The position numbers were made by a program, and so were the translations under genes. The notes under the pieces were generated by a model that was not told the origin of the DNA, searched no databases, and was given only the letters and a program-made list of their open reading frames with translations. From Eubacteriales bacterium (lineage in GTDB: Bacteria; Bacillota; Clostridia; Oscillospirales; CAG-272): a stretch of DNA of 64,000 nucleotides. The stretch spans positions 187,866-251,865 of the forward strand of contig JAZRRX010000039.1 in the NCBI GenBank assembly GCA_045651165.1, given 5' to 3'. The first letter of the stretch is position 1. Every line of letters begins with the position of its first letter. Positions 56,941 through 64,000 of this stretch are shown piece by piece.

Positions 56941-59900
56941 ATGAAAACAAAGATTAATACAAGGGTTATTTCATTGTTACTGATAGCACTTATGGTGCTT
57001 CCAATCATGATGCCCCTTATGGGTGCTTTAGCAGTTGAAAGCTGGTCCACAGTTAGTGCCCCCACGTTAGAATCAATCACAGCAAATTCAGATGGTACTG
57101 TAAGCGTTTCAGTTAACGCACCCGTCGGAGATGGTCGCGCTGACTCTCTGACAGTAAATATGTATGAGGGTGGAAATATTATTTCTACTGTTACTTCCGA
57201 CTCAAAAAAATCAAGTGACGCTCACGAACTTATTTTCAGCCCTGTTAAATCAGGATCATACGAGTTTGAAGCGGTTATTTCTCGCGCAGGCGAAGAAAAT
57301 AAGGTTGGACAAAGAAAAGTCTATACATACACTCTTCCCCTCTCTGTTCCATATATAACCATCGCTTCCAATCTTGGTGGCGGTGCGGTTAACGTTATTT
57401 GGAATCCAACAAGAGAAGCTAAATCATATAACGTTTACGTTAATGACTCGTTGTACCAAACAACCGAGAACCGTGATATTACAATCACAGGTCTTACAAT
57501 CGGTTCAGAAGCGAAAATCGAAGTAGAAGCAGTACGCGGAAGCGAAAAATCCGAAAAATCTTCTATAAACATTACTATTGGAGAAGAAAAACGTGATTGG
57601 AACTTTACAACATACGGTCCTTCAACGAATAGTGGCGATAACAAATTTAACGAAAAAGATGACGGTTCCGTAATAATATCTTCACTTAGTGGTAAAGGCA
57701 AGATTCAACCCACGGGCGCAGACGGTCTTTCGTTCTATTATACTGCAATTCCTGCAGATCAAAACTTCGTATTCCGCGCAAAAGTATCTGTGAATTATTG
57801 GTACATATCTAATGGTCAAGAAGGATTCGGTATTATGGCTATGGACCACGTTCCCTCCGGAACTATGTATGGTCAGGATTTCTGGTCAAATGTTTATATG
57901 GCAGCCTCCACTAAAATAGAATATCGCTATGAGGACGTAGAAGAGGGCGAGCCCAATATTTATACCGTTGATTCTATTTACGGTGATAAATACAGCATGA
58001 AGCTCGGTATCGGCACGATTTCTAAAACAGGTATCAATCAGGATATACTCGATAGAACCAAGCTCGGTGAATCAGGTCTTATCGTCGGTACGAACGGCAA
58101 TCTTCAATCCGTAGTTGAAACTCTTGAATATAAGGCAGGCACCCTTGGTAAGAAGCCAGGCACCTATAACGTTATAGGAAATTATAAAGAAAATACTCCC
58201 GAAGGCACGTTAGAGGAAGAATACCTTCTTACAGAAATGATTCTTGAAATCGAAAAGAATCCAACAGGTTATTTCATTACCTATTATGTCGAAGACAAAG
58301 ACGGTAATTTAACACCTGTAAGAACAATTAAGAATTACGACCCCAATGCTTTGGAACAGTTTGATAAGGACTATGTTTACGTTGGTATGTTTGCTTCTCG
58401 TAATGCAAAAGTTACCTTTAGTGATATCGTTATTGAAACAACTCCCAAAGCTGAAGATACACGCCCCGTGGAGCCCAAACCTCCCATAGTAGTAACACCC
58501 ACAGTAACTGTTACATCTGCAAGCTCCACCACCAGCACAAATTACAACCTTATTGCTGACTTCAATGCAGAAGGTACTGTACAAATTTATATGAACAACA
58601 AACTTCTTCATACTGACACAATAGAAGCAATTAATAAAGAAGAAGTTCAAGCTAATCCCAAGCTCAGATTAATTTATGAGCGTTTGAATACAGTTTTGGA
58701 TTTCAGCGAAGTTGCACGTTACGGCGAGAAAACTCCCAATGCTTTGAAAATAGTATTCAGCCCCGATGCCGATCAATTCACTAATTTGTTCCCAGAAGAC
58801 GTCGATGTTAAGTATGAGCTTTCAACAACATATGATGTTTGGTTCAATATGGATATTACTCTTTATAAGGGCAATTATCATAAGAAAACTATCTATGTTG
58901 CTCCCTATCCAACAGGTATGTATTACGGCAATGGTACAAAAGAACATCCTTACGATATTCAAACAGCTATCAAGCTTGTAGTTCCGGGTCAGACGATCGT
59001 TCTTATGGAAGGCACTTACAAGCTCGACACAGGTCTTAGAATTGAAAGAGGTATCAACGGTACAGCAGAAAATCCCATAAGAATGATTGCCGATCCCGAA
59101 GCAAAGACCAGACCCATTATTGACTTCGTTGGATTAGGAACAGGTATCACTTGTGGTGCTAACTGGTGGTATTTCTATGGCTTTGACGTGACTAACACAA
59201 TTGACGGAAGCAAGGGCTTCCAGGTTTCAGGTAACTACAACGTTCTCGACCAGATCAATACCTATTACAACGGTAATACAGGTATCCAGATTAGCCGCTA
59301 TCACGCTGCTGACCTTACTATGGATCGTTGGCCCGCTAACAACCTCATTCTTAACTGTACATCCTATGGAAATGCAGATGTTGGCTTTGAAGATGCAGAC
59401 GGTTTTGCAGCAAAGCTTACTATCGGTGAAGGTAACGTATTTGACGGTTGTGTAGCATACAACAATGCAGACGACGGTTGGGATCTTTACGCCAAGATAG
59501 CAACAGGTGAAATCGGCGCGGTAATCATCAGAAACTGCGTAGCTTACGCTAACGGTTTCCTCGAAGACGGCAAGGTTGCAGGTAACGGTAACGGATTTAA
59601 GATGGGTGGCGACTCCCTTCCTGGTCAGCATCAACTTATTAACTGCATCGCTTTCAACAACAGAGCTAAAGGTATTGACTCCAACTCCTGCCCAGATATT
59701 ATCGTTAAGGACTGTATCAGCTATAACAACGGTTCTCACAACGTAGCTTTCTATACTAATAGCGCCAATACCACCAACTTCTCTGCTAATAACGTGATCT
59801 CTATTAAGGATAATAAACTTAAAGAGAATACTGTAAAAGACAAGTTGGAAGGCATTGGAAACCAAGATAAAGAAAAGTATGAAAATGCTTCTAACTATTA

Positions 59901-60432
59901 TTGGGATGGCACAGTTTGTAAGAACAAAGAAGGCAAAGAATTGACCACAGATATTTTCGTAAGCACAGAATTTACTGGTATCACAAGAAATGCAGATGGA
60001 ACTATCAATATGAACGGATTCCTCGCTCTTAACGAAAAAGCTCCTGCTGGCGCAGGTACAACAGGTGATTCTACTGCATCCGCTAAAATTACACTTCTTC
60101 CCGATGCAGAATGCACATTCCCTGAAGAATGGACTATCACAGATCAGTACGTTCACTGGCACGAATGCGAATGTGGTAACAAGAATAATATCGAAGAACA
60201 TGTTTTTGAATACGTAATTGAAAAAGAACCCACAGAAGATACAGTTGGTTACAAGCATAACGAATGTACAATTTGTGGATACAAGAGACCGACTATTGAA
60301 ATTCCTTCCCTTGGAAATCCTAATGCTAATCAACCCGATGCTCCCGCAAATGTTGGTGGCATCATTGGATTCTTCCAGATGATCTGGCAGGCAATTCTCA
60401 ATTTCTTCAGAACAATATTCGGTTTAAGATGA
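56941..60432 (+). CDS. Large secreted multidomain pectate lyase (PL9-like right-handed beta-helix) with N-terminal Ig/Fn3-like domains, a C-terminal His/Cys motif and a hydrophobic tail
   Basis: GGAGGA precedes ATG 56941 and the signal peptide is MKTKINTRVISLLLIALMVLPIMMPLMGALA. Beta-helix blocks GTKEHPYDIQTAIKLVVPGQTIVLMEGTY, DADGFAAK and GNGNGFKMGG are present. The tail reads HWHECECGN...HNECTICGYK followed by GGIIGFFQMIWQAILNFF. Confidence 0.75.
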   Translation: MKTKINTRVISLLLIALMVLPIMMPLMGALAVESWSTVSAPTLESITANSDGTVSVSVNAPVGDGRADSLTVNMYEGGNIISTVTSDSKKSSDAHELIFSPVKSGSYEFEAVISRAGEENKVGQRKVYTYTLPLSVPYITIASNLGGGAVNVIWNPTREAKSYNVYVNDSLYQTTENRDITITGLTIGSEAKIEVEAVRGSEKSEKSSINITIGEEKRDWNFTTYGPSTNSGDNKFNEKDDGSVIISSLSGKGKIQPTGADGLSFYYTAIPADQNFVFRAKVSVNYWYISNGQEGFGIMAMDHVPSGTMYGQDFWSNVYMAASTKIEYRYEDVEEGEPNIYTVDSIYGDKYSMKLGIGTISKTGINQDILDRTKLGESGLIVGTNGNLQSVVETLEYKAGTLGKKPGTYNVIGNYKENTPEGTLEEEYLLTEMILEIEKNPTGYFITYYVEDKDGNLTPVRTIKNYDPNALEQFDKDYVYVGMFASRNAKVTFSDIVIETTPKAEDTRPVEPKPPIVVTPTVTVTSASSTTSTNYNLIADFNAEGTVQIYMNNKLLHTDTIEAINKEEVQANPKLRLIYERLNTVLDFSEVARYGEKTPNALKIVFSPDADQFTNLFPEDVDVKYELSTTYDVWFNMDITLYKGNYHKKTIYVAPYPTGMYYGNGTKEHPYDIQTAIKLVVPGQTIVLMEGTYKLDTGLRIERGINGTAENPIRMIADPEAKTRPIIDFVGLGTGITCGANWWYFYGFDVTNTIDGSKGFQVSGNYNVLDQINTYYNGNTGIQISRYHAADLTMDRWPANNLILNCTSYGNADVGFEDADGFAAKLTIGEGNVFDGCVAYNNADDGWDLYAKIATGEIGAVIIRNCVAYANGFLEDGKVAGNGNGFKMGGDSLPGQHQLINCIAFNNRAKGIDSNSCPDIIVKDCISYNNGSHNVAFYTNSANTTNFSANNVISIKDNKLKENTVKDKLEGIGNQDKEKYENASNYYWDGTVCKNKEGKELTTDIFVSTEFTGITRNADGTINMNGFLALNEKAPAGAGTTGDSTASAKITLLPDAECTFPEEWTITDQYVHWHECECGNKNNIEEHVFEYVIEKEPTEDTVGYKHNECTICGYKRPTIEIPSLGNPNANQPDAPANVGGIIGFFQMIWQAILNFFRTIFGLR

Positions 60433-60444
60433 TTCTTAATACTA

Positions 60445-60478
60445 TATCCCCCAAGATACTTCTTGGGGGATACTTTTA
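60445..60478 (+). terminator. Terminator of the pectate lyase gene
   Basis: A 12-bp stem TATCCCCCAAGA / TCTTGGGGGATA followed by CTTTTAT. Confidence 0.8.
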
Positions 60479-60486
60479 TGAAAAAG

Positions 60487-60513
60487 AAAAGGCACTCTTA
60501 TGAGTGCCTTTTT
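60487..60513 (-). terminator. Terminator of the kduI-kduD operon
   Basis: Stem AAGGCACTC / GAGTGCCTT with flanking A and T runs, 14 nt downstream of the kduD stop. Confidence 0.75.
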
Positions 60514-60526
60514 AATTAAATTATTA

Positions 60527-61330
60527 TTAACCTGGTTGTTTGCCAAAGTATGCCTGAATACCACCGTCAACATAAAGGATTTGTCCGTTAACGAAATCAG
60601 ACGCGCTAGATGCGAGGAATACTGCAGGTCCTGCAAGGTCTTCGGGGTCACCCCAACGTCCTGCGGGTGTTTTAGTATCAGTAATGAAACTATCGAAAGG
60701 ATGTTTGCTTCCATCTGCCTGTGGCTCACGAAGAGGAGCTGTTTGAGGTGTTGCAATATATCCAGGACCAATGCCATTACACTGAATGTTGTACTGACCA
60801 TATTCTGATGCGATATTTCTTGTAAGCATCTTAAGTCCACCTTTAGCAGATGCATATGCGGAAACAGTTTCACGACCAAATTCACTCATCATTGAGCAAA
60901 TATTGATAATCTTACCACTTCTCTGCTTAATCATTGAAGGAAGAACTGCCTTTGAAACGATAAAAGGTGCATTCAAGTCAACATCAATTACCTGACGGAA
61001 TTCACTTGCCTTCATCTCAATCATAGGAATTCTCTTAATAATACCAGCATTATTTACAAGAATGTCAACAACGCCAACCTCTTCTTCAATCTTTGCTACC
61101 ATAGCGTTAACTGCATCTTCATCAGTAACATCACAAACATATCCCTTTGCGTCAATTCCGTCTGCAGCATATGCAGCAAGGCCTCTATCAACGAATTCTT
61201 GCTTAATATCATTAAAAACTATCTTAGCTCCTGCAGCTGCAAGACCCTTTGCGATAGCGTAACCGATACCATAAGATGCACCTGTAATAAGGGCAACCTT
61301 ACCCTCGAGAGAAAAATTCTTAATACTCAT
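60527..61330 (-). CDS. kduD: SDR-family 2-dehydro-3-deoxy-D-gluconate 5-dehydrogenase / gluconate 5-dehydrogenase-like
   Basis: The Rossmann motif is GKVALITGASYGIGYAIA. The YxxxK site is YASAKGGLK. It lies immediately downstream of kduI. Confidence 0.75.
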   Translation of the reverse strand: MSIKNFSLEGKVALITGASYGIGYAIAKGLAAAGAKIVFNDIKQEFVDRGLAAYAADGIDAKGYVCDVTDEDAVNAMVAKIEEEVGVVDILVNNAGIIKRIPMIEMKASEFRQVIDVDLNAPFIVSKAVLPSMIKQRSGKIINICSMMSEFGRETVSAYASAKGGLKMLTRNIASEYGQYNIQCNGIGPGYIATPQTAPLREPQADGSKHPFDSFITDTKTPAGRWGDPEDLAGPAVFLASSASDFVNGQILYVDGGIQAYFGKQPG

Positions 61331-61347
61331 ATTTAGTTCTCCTTTTA

Positions 61348-62178
61348 TTATCTAAGATCCTTTGTAAGAATGTGGTCCATATCAGTAAATTCTTGATTTT
61401 CACCACACATTGCCCAAATGAATGAATAGTTCTTTGTTCCAACGCCACTATGTATTGACCAAGAAGGAGAAATAACTGCTTCTTCATTGTGCATAATAAT
61501 ATGTCTTGTTTCGTTGGGTTCACCCATCATATGGAATACTGCATCATTTTCTTCCATATCAAGATAGAAATAAACTTCCATTCTTCTTGCATGAGTGTGT
61601 GAAGGCATTGTATTCCAGTTAGAACCAACTTCAAGCTGTGTAAGTCCCATTGAAAGCTGGCAGGACTGCATTACCTCAGGGTGAATGTACTGATTGATAA
61701 CTCTCTTATTGCAATCTTCAAGAGAACCACAAGGTACTTTTCTTGCCTTTGTAATATCTATCTTTCTAATGGGATATTCTGTATGTGCAGGACAGCTTGT
61801 TGCATAGAATTTTGCAGGGCAAGTGGGGTCAACGGAACGGAAAACAATATCCTTGTGTCCACGTCCAACATAAATTCCATCGCGAGGATTCATTTCATAA
61901 ACCTCACCATCGATGACGATTTCACCCTTGCCACCAATATTGATACAACCAAGTTCTCTGCGCTGAAGGAAATAATCAGCCGCGAGTTCCTTACCTGCTT
62001 CAAGGGATAATTCTGTGTCAACGGGATAAATACCAAGAACGATAATTCTGTCGATATGGCTATAAACCATCTTTACATTGTCCTTTGTGAAAAGACCTGA
62101 AATGTGAAATTCCTCTCTAAGTCTATCAGTGGTATAATATTTCACATCTTTTGCATTTGCAGCATCTCTTACTTCCAT
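61348..62178 (-). CDS. kduI: 5-dehydro-4-deoxy-D-glucuronate isomerase
   Basis: 276 aa cupin protein with YYTTDRLREEFHISGLF ... SHTHARRMEVYFY, characteristic of KduI. Confidence 0.9.
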   Translation of the reverse strand: MEVRDAANAKDVKYYTTDRLREEFHISGLFTKDNVKMVYSHIDRIIVLGIYPVDTELSLEAGKELAADYFLQRRELGCINIGGKGEIVIDGEVYEMNPRDGIYVGRGHKDIVFRSVDPTCPAKFYATSCPAHTEYPIRKIDITKARKVPCGSLEDCNKRVINQYIHPEVMQSCQLSMGLTQLEVGSNWNTMPSHTHARRMEVYFYLDMEENDAVFHMMGEPNETRHIIMHNEEAVISPSWSIHSGVGTKNYSFIWAMCGENQEFTDMDHILTKDLR

Positions 62179-62337
62179 AATAAAATCTCCTTTTATTAAT
62201 ATAAATATTTCTTCATATTAAAGATATCATATTTTACACAATAAATCAAGTGTTTTTGCGAATTTGATTGCTTTTTGTATATATTATACAAATATATATA
62301 TATCAATTAAAATTGAGATAATAATTTCAAAAAAGTA

Positions 62338-62366
62338 TGGAAATTTGAGCGATTTTGTGTTATAAT
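62338..62366 (+). promoter_or_regulatory. Promoter of lon
   Basis: TGGAAA, a 17-nt spacer, then TATAAT with a TGT extension. Confidence 0.45.
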
Positions 62367-62414
62367 GATTATAATTAGGTTAATTATACCCATTCATAGA
62401 TTATAGGAGGGCTT

Positions 62415-64000
62415 ATGGCTCATTACATAGAAAAACTAGAAAAATTAACTCTGCCATTAGTCGTTTTAAACGGCACTGTGGCATTCCCCGCTATTACTGT
62501 AAATTTTGAGCTTTCTGACAAAACCAATATTGCGGCTATTGAAGCGGCAAACAGTGTAAATTCTTTTATTTTCATTGTTTCAAAAAAACAAATTTCAAAT
62601 GATCCTATTGAATTTTCAAAAATATTCAATATTGGTACTGTTGCAAAAATTAAACAGTCAATTAAAACTCCTGAAGGTAAACTCCGTGTTATAGCTGAAG
62701 GATTTTCTCGAGCAACTGTTGAAGAATACAGAGATTTTGCCAACTACAGAGTAGCAGAGGTCATCTGCAAAACTTTGACTCTTGAAGACCCTGACGAAAT
62801 TAAAGTTGAAGCACTCACTCGCGAGGCGCTCACTGCTATCGAAAAAATGTCAGGATTTTTGCCTGCGTCTTCAAAAGAAGTTATTGCAACAATAAAAACT
62901 ATTAAGAATCCGGGGGCTCTTGCTGACTTTATTGCTTCAAATATTCTTGTAAGACATACTGACAAACAAGAAATTCTCTCTTGTTTTGAACCACTTAATC
63001 GTCTTGAAAAATTGATTCTTATTATCGAAGAAGAAACAGCACTCCTTGAATGTGAAAGCGCAATCCACAAGGAAGTTCGCGCTCGTCTTAATAGAAATCA
63101 AAAGGAGTATTATCTGCGCGAGCAACTTCGAGTTATCAAGGAAGAACTTGGTGACGTAGGAGAAGTTGACGAATATTTCGATCGTATTGCCGAATTGCAC
63201 TTCCCTGAAGAGATTGAAACAAAGCTCTTAAAGGACGCTGAAAGAATGGCTCGTCTTCCCTTTGGATCTGCCGAGCTTTCAGTTATGAAAACTTATTTTG
63301 AAACTATTCTTGATATTCCCTGGAACAATTCCACTAAGGATAGAGCTGACATTTCGGCGGCATCCAAAATCCTTGAACGTGACCACGATGGCCTTGAAGA
63401 CGTTAAGAAAAGAATTCTTGAATTCCTTGCAGTTAAGGAGTTAAATCCCGATCTTAAAAATCAGATAATCTGTCTTGTTGGCCCTCCTGGTGTGGGTAAG
63501 ACATCAATCGCGACATCTATAGCAAGTGCTATGAAGCGTCAGTATGTTCGCGTTTCTCTTGGTGGCGTTAGAGATGAGGCAGATATTCGCGGACACAGAA
63601 AAACATACGTTGGCGCAATGCCAGGTAGAGTTATTAATGCGCTTATTCAGGCAAAGGTTAATAATCCCCTTATTTTGCTTGACGAAATAGACAAGTTGAC
63701 AAGGGATGCCCACGGAGACCCAACCTCTGCACTCCTTGAGGTACTTGACAGCGAGCAGAATAAGGCGTTCCGCGACCACTTCGTTGAGCTTCCATTTGAC
63801 CTTTCAAACTGTTTCTTTATTGCTACGGCAAATACGCTTGACACCATTCCCCGTCCACTTATCGACAGAATGGAAATGATTGAAATAAAGATTTATACCA
63901 AGCGTGAAAAGATGAGTATTGCAAAAAATCATCTTATCGGCAAACAGTTGAAGCGTCACGGACTTAATCGCAGAATGCTTAAGATAACTGATTCTGCACT
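62415..64000 (+). CDS. lon: ATP-dependent Lon protease, N-terminal and AAA+ portion (runs off the window)
   Basis: It is not in the ORF track because there is no stop in the window. RBS AGGAGG precedes ATG 62415. It translates to MAHYIEKLEKLTLPLVVLNGTVAFP... and contains Walker A GPPGVGKTS, then LLDEIDK and FIATAN. Confidence 0.95.
   Translation, partial: MAHYIEKLEKLTLPLVVLNGTVAFPAITVNFELSDKTNIAAIEAANSVNSFIFIVSKKQISNDPIEFSKIFNIGTVAKIKQSIKTPEGKLRVIAEGFSRATVEEYRDFANYRVAEVICKTLTLEDPDEIKVEALTREALTAIEKMSGFLPASSKEVIATIKTIKNPGALADFIASNILVRHTDKQEILSCFEPLNRLEKLILIIEEETALLECESAIHKEVRARLNRNQKEYYLREQLRVIKEELGDVGEVDEYFDRIAELHFPEEIETKLLKDAERMARLPFGSAELSVMKTYFETILDIPWNNSTKDRADISAASKILERDHDGLEDVKKRILEFLAVKELNPDLKNQIICLVGPPGVGKTSIATSIASAMKRQYVRVSLGGVRDEADIRGHRKTYVGAMPGRVINALIQAKVNNPLILLDEIDKLTRDAHGDPTSALLEVLDSEQNKAFRDHFVELPFDLSNCFFIATANTLDTIPRPLIDRMEMIEIKIYTKREKMSIAKNHLIGKQLKRHGLNRRMLKITDSA

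Noticed and set aside
59227-60333. A 368-aa ORF on the minus strand inside the pectate lyase gene.
   Set aside because: It is entirely antisense to a well-supported 1163-codon gene. It has no RBS, a Cys/Phe/Val-rich low-complexity translation and no recognisable motifs. This is the typical antisense open frame of a codon-biased AT-rich gene.
62423-63200. Minus-strand ORFs 62423-62743, 62744-63070 and 62937-63200.
   Set aside because: They are antisense to the unmistakable lon coding sequence, which is missing from the ORF track only because it has no stop in the window.
1-64000. I looked for CRISPR arrays, prophage or IS elements, toxin-antitoxin pairs and known defence genes.
   Set aside because: I found no spaced direct-repeat array and no integrase, transposase or recombinase. 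No phage structural or restriction-modification-like ORFs are present either. The only recombination-like trace is the orphan tRNA 3' end at 13561-13611.

Overview
This is an AT-rich chromosomal segment that looks Firmicutes/Clostridia-like: GGAGG-type ribosome-binding sites, many lipobox lipoproteins, hairpin plus T-run terminators, and the standard genetic code. I can support about 50 genes.

Most of the window is ordinary plant-polysaccharide (pectin/arabinan) catabolism:
- A minus-strand ABC-importer operon at 1-9962 ends in a GH43 enzyme and has a divergent AraC regulator.
- GH31, GH2 and GH3 genes are scattered through the middle.
- A 13-kb plus-strand operon at 37614-50609 carries an LplABC/YtcPQ-like importer with GH28, GH105 and two MalK-type ATPases.
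- The hexuronate genes uxaC, uxaA and uxaB (operon order uxaB-uxaA-uxaC), a second AraC regulator, an AEC transporter, a large PL9-like pectate lyase and kduI-kduD follow.
- Housekeeping genes are interspersed: pfk, lon (5' part, runs off the window), an M20 peptidase with a GPH transporter, and a flavin reductase.

I saw no rRNA, complete tRNA, CRISPR array, transposase or integrase.

The most unusual item is one 863-codon gene (30022-32610). It fuses a complete TetM/EF-G-like translational GTPase to a Rae1/YacP-type NYN ribonuclease domain, and it carries a 9-G homopolymer inside the nuclease part.

Other points worth a second look:
- a MalK-like ATPase doubled in size by two insertions;
- five extra small membrane proteins and two ATPases inside the pectin ABC operon;
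- a His/Cys-rich repeat module shared by a secreted endonuclease I and the pectate lyase;
- a cobalamin-riboswitch operon that ends in an AlkD-like HEAT protein;
- an exact 14-mer recurring in pectin-gene promoter regions;
- an orphan tRNA-like 3' end with its own terminator, flanked by decayed repeats.
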